Shown here one piece after another: positions 25,732 to 38,470 of a DNA stretch of 64,000 bases. Where the stretch lies: assembly GCF_001194135.2 (NCBI RefSeq), contig NC_068990.1, positions 48,387,558-48,451,557 of the forward strand, read 5' to 3'. This DNA is from Octopus bimaculoides. Lineage: Eukaryota. The notes below the pieces were generated by a model that was given only the letters and a program-made list of their open reading frames with translations, had not been told where the DNA came from and did no database searches. Every line of letters begins with the position of its first letter. The first letter of the stretch is position 1. The position numbers and the translations under genes are program-made.

Positions 25732-27363
25732 AGGGAGAAGAATTTCTAAGAATACAGAAAGTTGGAAAGCTGATTACCAGATGTATTTAACTTGAGATTG
25801 TTAAATTAAGGAACTAAGAAATAAAGGAAAAATAATTTTTTTTTTTTAGTTTTGAATTATAATAAAAAAACTTTTCACTTCTCAGATATTTACATAAAAG
25901 AACAAATATTTACATTGCTTACTATATTCAATTTATTTAAGATATGTTTATCCAATGTAACATATATTCAATTTGGACACCATGTGAGCAGCCAAAACAA
26001 ACAAAAACAAAAGTACTAAAGATGGCCAAGTAATAGCCAAGCACTGGACTCCAGGGCATAACTGTATTTAGCTTTGTTCCTTTCTGTTCTGATCAGAATC
26101 TCATCAGATATTGGCTTTAGTTTCCATCTCTCTAACTAAGGCTGATAAAATATAATGGACTCAATTTAACTGATTATAGCATTTCTTTATAAAAATAAGC
26201 TTGGAGCCCAGATACATGAAATAACACCAAAAATATAAATAAATATGTGAATAAGAGGCAAACCTTTTATAGAATATTTCTTGGCTAAAATGTCTATTGT
26301 CATTTTCATATGCATTTCAGCTATATTTATTTAAGCATGTGATTTTAAGTTAATATTCAAGAAAATTAGTTTTATATTCTAATTATAAGAAATAAAAGTT
26401 AAATATTTGGCTTCTTATGATTATGCAAGAGTTCAATCACTATGACTCCAGTAAAATACAGCACTTATTTCATCAACCTCAGAGGTGTTTCAACCTATGT
26501 TTTGAATTTGAACATAAATTTATGAAACTAACTATTGCAAGTTTGAATACCTATTTAGAATGCCAAGCCTTAGTAAACTAAAATAATGAATTAAAATGAG
26601 AAATAAACAGATATCTTTTGAACTTAGTACACATAACAAGGTGAAACAAGCTGCAACAATAAAAACTAAAATGCAAATAATCATTTATGATCAGTTAAAC
26701 TAGTTAGACTGTTGATTGGCAGCCCAGTCAAGATGGTATTTCTTCTTCTCCTACTCTTGTTTTTTGCACACATATACAAAATGACTTTCTAAATTGAAAT
26801 TCCATTATGCAGCTGAGGAGTACATTTTCATTGCACATTTTATGTGGTGTTCTCACTACATAAATAAATGAAGTTTGTATGAAACGTACATACTGCTATA
26901 ACCTATTGAATTTTTGTTGCTTTTCTTCAAATTTTATTCACCAAATCTCTTGATTTTGTTTTTGGTTTTTACCCTACCAAATTCTGGTGCCTCAAACATT
27001 TTAAGTACCACACTTAATCTTTTGATTAAATCTATATCATTATATATATACATGTATATNNNNNNNNNNNNNNNNNNNNNNNNNNNNNNNNNNNNNNNNN
27101 NNNNNNNNNNNNNNNNNNNNNNNNNNNNNNNNNNNNNNNNNNNNNNNNNNNNNNNNNNNNNNNNNNNNNNNNNNNNNNNNNNNNNNNNNNNNNNNNNNNN
27201 NNNNNNNNNNNNNNNNNNNNNNNNNNNNNNNNNNNNNNNNNNNNNNNNNNNNNNNNNNNNNNNNNNNNNNNNNNNNNNNNNNNNNNNNNNNNNNNNNNNN
27301 NNNNNNNNNNNNNNNNNNNNNNNNNNNNNNNNNNNNNNNNNNNNNNNNNNNNNNNNNNNNNNN

Positions 27364-27618
27364 AAAAAAAAAAACAACAAAAGTCTTAAAACGTGTGCGT
27401 CGCTAGAAGGGGACTTAACTCTTGTTTGTAAACAATGGTAGCTTTTTCTCCGACTTGAAAATTGTTAAAAGTTATGGTTGAAAATCGATTTTCACAGCTA
27501 TACGCGGGTGCCTCTGAGAGAAAAAGTTGACGAAAATGCAGATAGGGTCATGACAAATGTCCTCCTCAAATTGGAGCGACATGCGTGCTAATTTGTAGAC
27601 GTGCATAAATTATATTTC

Positions 27619-27659
<41 letters not shown>

Positions 27660-27680
27660 CTTGCCTTTTATAGATACGGA
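27364..27680 (+). mobile_element. Possible Helitron/Helentron-type non-autonomous element 3' part with internal (CA)n
   Basis: CpG-rich segment ending ...gtagacgtgcataaattatatttccg(TA)(CA)n tcttgccttttatagata. The family assignment rests on general resemblance only, and the 5' part falls in an N gap. Confidence 0.35.
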
Positions 27681-30230
27681 TAAGAATTAAGTTTGACAGA
27701 ATATGAATGTTTAATTTTTAAAGGTTATGTTGTATAAATAAACTCTTAGGGAGCCAATTTGGCAGGAATCTTGAGTAAAGTAACATTAAGCAGTCAATAC
27801 GTAACATATACTTTGTCTTTTTCTTAAACAGGGCCTTATTAATGAAAGCGGAACTAGGTTTTATATTAAATGAGAACCTTAATTAGTTGAGTAAAACGTT
27901 CTACTGAGAAAATGAAATTTAAATGGGGATTAAGAATTTGAAGCCTTTTAATTCTTTTTATCAAGAAAATATAAGCAAACAAATTAGAGATGTTGGTACT
28001 TGAAAACCAATGACATAGCATTTTAACAAAAAGTTAGAAATTATAGTATCTACAGACATCATGTCATCTTAACTCCTTTTTTACAGGCATTAGAGGTTTA
28101 TATGAAGTAAAATCTCTTCTTCTCATCACAATTAAAAATAATGATTTGCCTTTATTTTAAATTAGCAAAAAAGAAAACCAAAAGAACTTTTTATAGTATA
28201 CTACTTGTACATTTTCTCTTAAAGGGACTGAAATTCAGAATGTAGGAGGACAAAGCTAATTACAATATAGCATTTTAGTCTCATGCTCTTCTATGTATAC
28301 CAATTTGCCTCTATGCAAATTGATAGTACTCATCCTAATTTCATCAGAAAATAAAGACAGCATTTCTTTCAATGAAAAAATATGTGTTCAGTTTGACATA
28401 GAAATTCTTAAGTGCTCAGAAGAAACACTTAAATCAATTAGATATAAAAGGTTACTTTATTTACAGAAATAATTTGTAATATATGATAGAGAAATACAGA
28501 ACAGTCTCTGAAGTGAAGCTAAGGAATTAGTTGTCTAAATATGGGTTTAATTCTTATCACTGTTATTTTAATCAGGATCTTAGGCAAATCACATTAATAT
28601 TCCATTTGCTCTCGTCAACCTACTCAATAATAATAAATACATCTTCTAATCAATATCAAGATAATTAACATTCAAAAAACTGCCTAGGAGCAAAAGCACT
28701 TGCTCCAACAATTCTTAGTCTAACATGATTTGCAACACTATAAGACCTATGTTTGCATGAAACCAATATAGAAGAAAATAATGAATAAACAATAATTAAC
28801 ACATAGTTGTATGCATGTGTAAGTGTAAAGTTGGAAACTTGATTATCTAGATATACTTAATTTGAGATTAGTAAATTAAGGAAGTAAAGAAAGTAAAGAA
28901 AAAAAACAATTCTTAGAAATTTTTTTTAGGTTTGAACTATTTATGTAAAACAAGAAATATTTACATAATTATTTACATCTAGTATACTTAGATAGCAACA
29001 AAAAAATTAATGAAGAGTGCTAAACATGGTCATTGTTTTATGTGCATGTGCGTGTGTGTGTGTGTGTGTTGTACATATAAAGAGTCCAAGCTATACTCTT
29101 CCATTCAGCTGTGTCTGATGACTGTTAATTTACTTTCCCTTACTTGGAAGGTTCTTTAACATGAACTCATTCAACAACATGAATTAGCTGTTATGAATCT
29201 AACTTTAAAGTACTATATAAATAATATACCCATTCTATTGCCTAATATATGAGTGTCTGATATATTTCTAACTTATGAAAGTTTATGGGCAAATATATAC
29301 ACACACACACACATACAAACATTTATATACACACACATATATTTATATATATACAAACATATACACACATATATACACACACAAACATACACAATGTATA
29401 TAAGAGGTGGAAAAGAGTGATGACCAGAGAAATATCAATATACATAATTGTAAGTGTGAACACTCTGAAAAAAAAAATGAAACGACATTTGATTAATAAC
29501 AAACACAGTAAGTGTGAACTTAGAGGTACCAGTCTTCTGGCCATAATCCGAAGTTGAAGAATTAAAAATCTATGAAAGATCTATGAAAACATGGATGGTA
29601 ATACACCAAGAAGAGAGAATCATTGAAATTTTCCACATACACTTATATTTTTATGAAGAAAATAAAGTGTCATGCATCTTGAATCAAATTATAGTAAAAC
29701 AAAGCTACAGTTGCATACTCAATATTGTTCTAATCACCAAGTGTCCCAATAAAAATATAATGGACACATATGAAAGAAGGATTCAAAATGCAATGGCATT
29801 AAGGAAAAATATGAGTGCCAATATTATAGCTGAAAAAGCATCAGTCAAGTGAAAACAATCCTTCAAACACATTTTAAAAAGTTGTCTGAACCAATATAAA
29901 AGCTCATGAAGTAATTGATGATGCTTGAAACTGCACCCACCACCAAAAGTAGTGTAAATGAAGAAAATCATAAAAAAAAGACTGCTTGATAGCATTTAAT
30001 TATTTTTTTAAAATTGTTATTTACTATGATATCCATAGTTATCCTTGTTCCAAGGCCTCAGTAGTTAAGGGGCAGTTTAGCTCCATATGAAAGTTTGCAA
30101 AAGGGATAATTTTTAACAATATTGTAAGAACTGAAATAAATTTAGATATTACAAAGCCTCACTGTAGGTAAAATAAAAATGTAAATGCATTCATTCTATT
30201 CTTTTAATGTGTGGGGGAAAAAGGGAATAA

Positions 30231-30280
30231 ATCTCCTGACTGACAGTTTCATGGTTTTTTGAACACACATCAGAAAAGAT
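30231..30280 (-). ncRNA. Decayed minimal type I hammerhead ribozyme motif (dimer-type palindromic stem III)
   Basis: Minus strand reads atctttt-CTGATGT-gtg ttcaaaaaac cat-GAAA-ctg t cag-TC-aggagat. Stem I is 7 bp (2 G.U), stem II is 3 bp, the site is GUC, and the core carries A9>U. Confidence 0.6.
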
Positions 30281-30331
30281 ATACCCAGTTTGTATGACTG
30301 ATATTGATTGTAGAAGGAAGCTGGATATGTG

Positions 30332-30377
30332 TTCTCTGAGGAGTAATCAACAAACCATGAAACAGTCTCTGTCAGAA
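30332..30377 (+). ncRNA. Decayed minimal type I hammerhead ribozyme motif
   Basis: ttct-CTGAGGA-gtaatcaacaaaccat-GAAA-cag tct ctg-TC-agaa. Core boxes are intact, with a GUC site, 4-bp stem I and weakened stem II. Confidence 0.62.
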
Positions 30378-30523
30378 GATTCCTACTCTCTTTTCTCCTA
30401 CACATCAATAACTTGAAAGAATGTGTTTTACATTCTTAATTCACCCACAATGAAGCTCAGTAATATTTAAATTTATTTCAGTTCTTCTAATTTATGCTAT
30501 TCTGTGCATAAAAATAGTTTCAT

Positions 30524-30622
30524 AATGTTGTAATCAAATAAAGACTTCTTCAACTGGACAATTTCACAACTAAGCAGTTGAGGAACTGTCCAGTTGAAGA
30601 AGTCGTTATTAGCTTACAACAT
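30524..30622. repeat. ~100-bp palindromic hairpin element
   Basis: Perfect 18-bp stem gacttcttcaactggaca / tgtccagttgaagaagtc, extended outward by tgttgtaa/ttacaaca and inward by caact/agttg. Confidence 0.8.
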
Positions 30623-30779
30623 ATTATTAAGCAAAGCAATAAATAACATGACCCCATGGCACCTATTCACTTCTGGTTGTTTGAGTTAGTGTGAATTTAA
30701 ATGTAATTATGTCCAATAACACAGATATGATGTGAATTTTCTTCTAGTCAGTAAACCAGTAAAATAATCTTTTCTACTC

Positions 30780-30955
30780 TAGGCACAAAGCCTGAAATTT
30801 TGGGGGAGGAGACCAGTCAATTAGATCGACCTCAGTATGCAACTGGTACTTAATTTATCGATCCCAAAAGAATGAAAGGCAAAGTCAACCTCAGCGGAAT
30901 TTGAACTCAGAACATAAAAACAGATGCTAATGTTTCTGCCAGCTTGCCACCTTAA
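30780..30955 (-). mobile_element. SINE-A copy
   Basis: ctggtacttaatttatcgatccc...aaaggcaaagtcaacctcagcggaatttgaactcagaac. Confidence 0.82.
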
Positions 30956-31215
30956 CCCAGTAAAATAATGACTCAGAAACCATGCTTGACCTTGTAGTTT
31001 GATACCAGTAATATATGATTGGTATTCTATTCCTACACATATAAATGTATTTACTTTGTATACTTCTATCACACACATATATCAAGCATTCTTAAGTTTT
31101 TGCACAAAACAAACACATTTTCTATATCACAGAATTCCTAATTCTTTTGCCATTCCTTCTAGATATCAGAAATTGGTCTGGATTACAGAATAAGATAGGC
31201 CGTTAATTCCAACAC

Positions 31216-31253
31216 CAGAGTATACAAACTGCTTAACAACGCATGCAACAACG
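31216..31253 (-). CDS. Tentative 38-bp exon (phase 1 to 0)
   Basis: Strong acceptor cctctttcatttatgttcttttttAG and frame (A)LLHALLSSLYTL continuing from the 31825 exon. The donor position is uncertain (CTG|gtgttg). Confidence 0.35.
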
Positions 31254-31824
31254 CTAAAAAAAGAACATAAATGAAAGAGGATTAAAGAAATAGGTGAATG
31301 AGCAAGTTAGTAGAGGATAATAGTCAAGTAAAGTAACATGTTATAAGCAATATAAACATTTTCCATTGAATGTAAAAGCTGATTAAAGGAGAATTCAGAA
31401 AGCAGAACAGATGTGGATTATGTTCAAATAAATTATCTTGAACTTGGGTGATAACAAAAACAGTGAATTTTTCTGCAACTGTTATTTCTGTGATTATTCA
31501 AAAAACAATTTCCCAAGATTAACTTGTATTTTATTTACAAGTTATTAGCATTTGTCTTTTAAAATACTTCATAGACATTCAAAATTAGTCTTTAGTAAAA
31601 TATTTTTTACTTCCATAGTTATTAATATTTTTCTCAAAACCTTTTCATTTATAATTAAAAAGAATCATAAAAAAACATTAACCGTGATATGTTTTTATCA
31701 AGTATAAAAATATTTTAGCAAATTCAGTAGATGAAGTTGAAATATAGAGTTGAAAGTTTTAGAGCAGAAAACAGCAAGGTTTAAAAAATATATATTGCAA
31801 AGCTAAGATAATAAAAATTCTAAC

Positions 31825-32685
31825 CTGTTTTCTTTGTTTGTAAGACATCATCTTTTGATGGAAGATCCGTGACAAAATAGGAATCAATCGGCTGTTCATT
31901 GTCTGACCCATCTGATGAGGGTATATTCCTGGACACAGAAGATGGACTTAAAGGAAACAATTCTTGTTCTGATCCAGTATCTGCTTGATAAGACGTTGGA
32001 ATTTTACCACTGTCAATTGAGGCAGAAATGTTTTGTGTAGTTAGTGCAGAGTGGCTACCATCAATGGATAGTGACATATTTTTTGGAGAAGATGGACTAG
32101 ATTTTGCCAGATCTAAAAGTCGTGGTTTAGAGTCAACCTGGAGTGATAAGCCTGGTGATGAAAATTTTGGGCTGCTTTGTTCAATTTCATTACTATTAGA
32201 TGAGCTTCCAGCCATATTATTGCTTGGTTGCTTTTCTTGTGCAAAATTTGACACTGGAGAAAGTTTTTTGTGGCCATTCTGTTCAACCCCCATGTCTCCT
32301 TCAATAGTTTTGTCTTGTGTGGACAGAGATGATGTTGATATGTTCCCAGATTTTTTGGCAGCAGAAAGTATTGGTGAGGTGGCTATGGAAGAGCTTGAGT
32401 CACTGTCTGAATCTCGATATGGCCGACTACTAACCCTCTTAACACAAACGCGTTCTTTCTCTTCACTAGGGTTGCCGCCTCCATATGACCCAATGAGGCG
32501 AGACAGTCGGAAGCTGTCTGCTTCAGAAGGAAAACCAACACGTTCTACCTCTGTGTCATGCAGTGTTGAACCTCCAACTGGTGAATTCTCCTGACTACTG
32601 TCTCTTTCCAGTTCATCAGGTGGCGGTACACTTCCATTTGTTATTGCTCGACGGATTTCTTCTGTTACAGCTTTGCCAGCATTTC
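31825..32685 (-). CDS. Large internal exon (861 bp, phase 1-1) encoding a Ser/Pro/acidic low-complexity region of an unidentified protein
   Basis: Acceptor ttttcctttggtgcAG at 32686-32687 and donor CAG|gttaga at 31823-31824. The frame is open for 287 codons (GNAGKAVTEEIRRAITNGSVPPPDELERDSSQE...DDVLQTKKT), has higher GC than the flanks and is not repeat-like. Confidence 0.82.
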
Positions 32686-33352
32686 CTGCACCAAAGGAAA
32701 ATATTGAAAATTATATTTTAATTAAATAGCTTTAAAACATAAAATGGCATGCATGATATTTATTTTATTTGCACCTGTGTAAAACCTTATTCAAAAAGTC
32801 CAACGTAAGAAAATCATGATGTGAAAAGAACCAGCTAATAGCAGTAAAAATACTACAGTAGCAAACAGTAGAAATGTTGTTGCATACCCCCAAGTTAGCC
32901 CTGATTCAGCTAACAAAAATTCTAGCTGTTGTAACACTTTTTCAAATATGTATTTAGGACTACATTATCCAATGTGTAAATATCAAAATTTTCTGTTTGG
33001 ATGTTATTTTCAAACAACTCTGAGACCTACGAAACAAAATTGCTCCTTTTAAAGCGTTCATATTCAAATTAAACTGCCCATCATAATTTTAACACCAGTT
33101 TGATATAGAAATAAATGTAAAAGTTAATTACTTGATTAATTCCCTCTGAATTGTTGACTATATTCAAAATTAAGGGAAGCTCAAGCAGCAAATTTCATAA
33201 GGAATATTTGGTCATAATTTCATATTATTTCACTTGAATATCTCATCTCAATACTTTAAAATACCAAACTACATTTTAATTACAAATTTGTTTGGTTCAC
33301 TACTAGAATATTGTTCTTCCTTCCCTCTTCATATATTTTCTGCTACTGCCAG

Positions 33353-33427
33353 CTAAGTAGAACAGATGTTCAGAATCACTAAGTGAAACAGATGTTCAAA
33401 ATCGTTAAGTAGAACAGGTGTCCAAAC
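33353..33427 (+). repeat. 26-bp tandem repeat, ~3 units
   Basis: ctaagtagaacagatgttcagaatca / ctaagtgaaacagatgttcaaaatcg / ttaagtagaacaggtgtccaaac. Confidence 0.75.
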
Positions 33428-34369
33428 AAGTATACAAAACAATGTCAGTAACAATATATGAATTCTTGATTTGTTTTTAACAAATAGGTTGACACCTTAT
33501 TTACTGGGATGATATATCTCAAATAATTCATTTGAGATCATTACTACATACTTATCTGTTATTACTATAAGTTTTCCTCCTTCTCATTGCTAAAACTTGA
33601 ATGTTTGTAATGAGTTGGAGCAGTTTTGTGCATTATATTTCATGAATTTAGTGTACTGAAAAAGTAATATACATGTGGTTCTTTGCAAAATGAACCAGTC
33701 CAATTTTCCATGATCAATAAACAACCTCTCAAAATTAAATTGATTATTACATTTAACAACACTTGAAAGCCATGAACTTTCAAGTTGTGAAACAGAAATA
33801 AACTCCAAATTTTACCATATGTGGCTGATTTGGAGAAGGAAACAAATATTACTTCAAATAATTGTACAGAACAATATCAAATACTTAATAAAGAAAACTA
33901 AGTCAACTTTCAGTACACTCACTGTTTTGACAGGGAATATCTGAGTATGCTCTTGAGTGAAATGTAGAAATTGGCAATATTTGAACAGTTATTGAAATTT
34001 AAGAGTTAATCATTTTTTTCTTCTCTTTTTTGCACAGTTTTAAGCACAAATAAGTACCCTTAATTAAATTAACAAGTCCAAATCAAAAACAATTTAAAAT
34101 AGAATAGAACACCCCATTATCTGTTTAGTTAACTGCAAGTTGATATAGAAATGAAGTTATAAAACATATAGAATAATTCACAATTAGCTATTTAGATAAT
34201 GATTTGTTCACATCTTTAAGGGAGTAATTATAGTCAATTAAAATTGTTTTGTATTACTACAAATATTCCACTGTACTATTTAAAAATATATCCTGTTATC
34301 CCAATAAGGTCCATTAAGTTATAGCGATAATAATAATTTCTTCAGTATTGGTACATAGCCTAAAAACTG

Positions 34370-34840
34370 GAGGGAAGGGTTAATTGATTAACAGGTACTT
34401 TAGTTTATCAACATCAGACGGATGAAAGGCATATCAGCAGGATTTGAAGTCAGAACATAAAGAACCAGAAGAAACACTACAAGGCATTTTTTCCCAGTAC
34501 TCTAATGATTTTGCCAATACTATTACTAATAATTGCTATTTATTATTTAGGCGCAAAGCAAGCATTGATGCTCTACATTGACAGTTTCTTTTATCAATCA
34601 CAGAAGGATAAAAGGCAAAGCTGGCCTTGGCATGATTTGAACTCAGAATATAAAGACCCTGAGTTCACACAATGTTAGTAATTTTGAGGCAGGAGGAGCT
34701 AATCTATTACATCAATCCCAGTACTTGGTTGGTACTTTATTTTATTGACTCAAAAAGAATGTGAAGTTGACCTTGTCAGGATTTGAACACAGAATAAAGC
34801 AAGAAATGCTTCAAGGTTTTACTCCAGTGCTCTAAAGATT
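34370..34840 (-). mobile_element. Three decayed SINE-A copies in tandem, same orientation
   Basis: Repeated ggatgaaaggc...gatttgaactcagaa and ggtacttattttattgac motifs. Confidence 0.7.
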
Positions 34841-37712
34841 ATCAATGGATGAGGAAGAAGAAGAGCAACAGCAACAAATAATTTATTATGATTTATATGG
34901 TTCTTGTAGCTTAAATTACATAACACTAAATTTGATTGGCAACAGACCAGAAAAGATGGAACAGAAAAACATTTAACAATCCTTGCTAACAAATTGACAC
35001 TGGATCAGTTTCCTGCTGACATATTTTATTTTCTTGCTTATTGGTAAACCAGATTGCAAATACTCTTTATACACAGTATGCATGAAATAACTACAATGGT
35101 TGCAGGACAAATAGCAATGGTTGCCGGACAAATAGCAATGGTAAGCAATATAGACACATACATATTGTGACTTTTATAGCAGTAAAATATAACATATTTT
35201 TTCCTTTGAAAACTACACAAGAAATATGTGTAAGACTGATAATACAATTAATAAAAACTGAAAACAGTTGTTAAAACCATAAAACTCTTGGGAATATAAC
35301 TTGATACCTTAGTCCTAATAACAATAATAATGATTTTTAGCATAAGCACAAAACCACAAACTAAGCAGGGAAACAATCAATACCTTAGTAATTAAATCAT
35401 GCCTATTTTATTATTCCCTAGAATTATGAAAGATGACATTGGCAGGATTTGAACACTGAAGGTAAAGGGAGATAAGTCAATATTATAAAGTATTTTCGCC
35501 ATCCCTCACTCACTTCTGCCAATTCAGGTCTCTTGGTTACATCAGTCAACACAAGATTCTTAAGAGTTTAAAGGAAGAATGTAAGCATGTCTGCATTTAA
35601 TACTAGTTACTTTTAACCCAGCCATGACCATCCTTTCTTTACTGTTCAGAGACAGTATATCTAGGACTACATTATCCACTATATACGGGGAGGGGGGAGG
35701 TTAAACAGAAGTGTGTAATTTGAGGAAGATTTGGCTGCTATTTTTAGCAGGATATTTGAGAAGAGAAATATGAGAAAATGACTGGGTTACGTGCTGAAGA
35801 AAACTGAAGATGACTAAGTGGGAGAAGAGATGGAAGTGAACATTTAATAAAGTAGAGAAAGGGCAAAATTGAGAATGGCACATCTAAAGATGGAAGAGGA
35901 AATGAGTGCAAGGAGGGAGGGTGTAGAGGATAGGGCAAAACAAAGAAGATTCCAATAGGATCCAGGAGGTTAACTCATGCTTTAGCAGGAAAAATGGCCT
36001 TGTTATTTCTAGCAAGTCAAGTGATTGTATAGAACTATTTTCATTGGCTAGTGATAATCTATGGTAACATTTTCAGAATATCACTTCTTAACATTTCAAA
36101 ATTAGTTTGAGCAGGGTGCAGATTCCTTCTTCCTTCTGTGTTTATTTTCACATAAAACACTGTATTTTACTATATTCCATAGATTATATAACTTATCTTC
36201 ACTACTAACATCTTACTCTACAAATGCTTCTCAACATTTCAGTGTATCTACTCCACACTTACTTTCTATTCCCATTAATTAAAACACTTTTATTATAAGT
36301 AACAAATAAAAAAAAATGGGGCATACTTCATTATAAGCAAAATGCATGTATACATGTATATGCATGTGAAGTCTGCGTCACAAACAAATTAGAAAACTCT
36401 AATGAATATATTACTTGTTAGAAGCACATTTATATAAGAGAGAGAGAGAGAGAGAGAGATAATAAAAGCAGTAACTTAGATACCTATAAAAATATATATG
36501 GTTATGAAACATAGTAAAAACATTGATTCTTGCAAACCATGTAGAATTAAAAAGTAAAAGAGAAGATAAAATTCTAATGAAAGAGCCACTTATCAGTGGG
36601 GAAAAAAGAAAACAAATGCAAATTGCAAAAAGGAAAAAAATTCATTTGTCTTGTAATGAAAATAAATAAAAGAAACACTAATAGATTGTTAAGTAAACAT
36701 TAACAAGATGAAGACAGTAGAGAAATTTCACCCTGAGGGAGAAACTAGTATGGAGAGTTGTAAAAAGGTATTAAATGGTTTATCAACAACATTTCATTGA
36801 TTTTGGGTTGTTGCTTTTTTACTAACCTAATACAACAACAGCATGTTTGGTTATGGTAGAAGCTGGATGAAAAAGTGTTTTTTTTTTTACTTTTCTTATT
36901 TTGAAAGAACTTCACATTAGGTTGAAGATCCATGATTTATGTTGAAATTCCAACTTTATCAAAATATTTTGTAACGTTTACAAAGTTACACCAGAGAGAG
37001 ACAGACAGACAGACAGATACAGCAAAAGAGAGTCAGAGTAAGAGTATGAAAGTGAGTGAGATAGTAAGAGTGCAAGAGTGAGAGAGTGAGCAATAGGAAA
37101 GTGAGAGAGAGTAAGTAAGAATGCAAAAATGAGTCAAATTTCAAGAGTAAGAGTGTGCAAACAAGTGAGAGTGTGAGATTGAGCAAGGTTTTAGCATGAG
37201 AAGTAAGAGTGTGAGAATGAGCTAATAAGAGTGAGGGAGTGAGTGCAGATATAGGAACAATTTCATAGGTAAAAGCTGTAATCAATCAGTTTTCTGTAAG
37301 TAATGAAAATTGAGATTATAATAGAAGAATCACAAGAGAGTATTACTTGATTCTCCATCATCATCATAGTCATCAACATTTTTACATCCACTTTTTCCAG
37401 CTGACATGGGTTTCAGGAAGAGCTATTAAGGTAGCATTCTGTGGCTGGATGACCATTCTGTTACCAACACCTCAACTATTAACAAGCAAGGTAATATTTT
37501 TCCATGGCTAGATATGCTTCCACAGAACACTAGAAACAAACACCACCATATGTATGGCAGTTGATGTCTGTTTACAACTGCTGCATGGTGTCCAGACAAA
37601 GAGACAAGAACACACACATGCATGCACACACACATACTTGTGTGTGTACTTTGCTTAGTATTGGACAAATAAGAAACAAGTACTTGCTACATGTTGTAAA
37701 GGATATGTAGAG

Positions 37713-37744
<32 letters not shown>

Positions 37745-37745
<1 letters not shown>

Positions 37746-37980
37746 CAGGCTTCTTTCAGCTTTCATCTACCAATCCACCAAATTATAATTATGTATGTGT
37801 GTGTGTGTGTGTGCATATGTGTGTGGTGAGCTTTTGTACAGTTTCCATCAGGCAAATTTCACTCATATGACATTGTCAGTTTGAGGCTATAATAAAAGAT
37901 ACTTCCTCAATGTCACATGCAACCTGAAACTATGTTGCTGCAAAGTGAACTTCTTAACCACACAGTCATGCCTGTACATA
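37745..37980 (-). mobile_element. Decayed SINE family B fragments (another near 62280-62420)
   Basis: ggcttctttcagctttcatctacc and cttcttaaccacacagtcatgcctg match the reverse complement of the 55680 element. Confidence 0.6.
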
Positions 37981-38446
37981 TTGTGTTTCTACATTTAAAG
38001 AAAAGATGAATATTTTGAGGTTGGGACATATGATTTAAAAAAGAACATCTGAGAGAATGTAACAAAAAGAGTTAACTGCATTTCTTTCATCTAGAATCTT
38101 CTGAGAAAGAATACTATTTCAGGATAATCTCTAAAAGTTATTTACTACAGACACATTGTGTATATTTCTCTTGTTTGTGTACATAAATACTAATATATTT
38201 CTATAAATGTTCAAGTGAATCTATTCATATTCATATTAATTAATACTTCATAAACAAATTTGCTTATATATAAAAGCTTTTATCCACTGATCATGTAGGC
38301 TTGAGTTTGACTAGGTTTCACTGATAAAGCTCATTAAGCCCCAAACCAGTTCATAAATGTCACTAATAACAATGTAAATTTTGTGAAATTACTTCTTAAT
38401 ATCATAGAATTATCAATGCTTTTCTTTGAGAATTGTTAGAAATTAC

Positions 38447-38470
38447 CACTAGGTTTTTGTCTTTCCCCAA
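38447..38470 (-). CDS. Tentative 24-bp micro-exon (phase 1-1)
   Basis: ttcctcttttAG|TT GGG GAA AGA CAA AAA CCT AGT G|gtaatt. It joins the 32685 exon in frame (...GERQKPSGNAGKAV...). Confidence 0.3.

Noticed and set aside
26914-27441. Long ORFs in the track spanning N runs (also 39843-40600, 40884-41690, 57886-59007)
   Set aside because: They are open only because N codons contain no stops, and their flanks are microsatellites.
30196-30408. 70-aa minus ORF as an exon
   Set aside because: The phase is incompatible with the 31825 donor, and the region is explained by the inverted hammerhead repeat.
32028-32594. 188-aa plus-strand ORF
   Set aside because: It is the antisense shadow of the minus-strand exon, which has the splice sites and the longer open frame.
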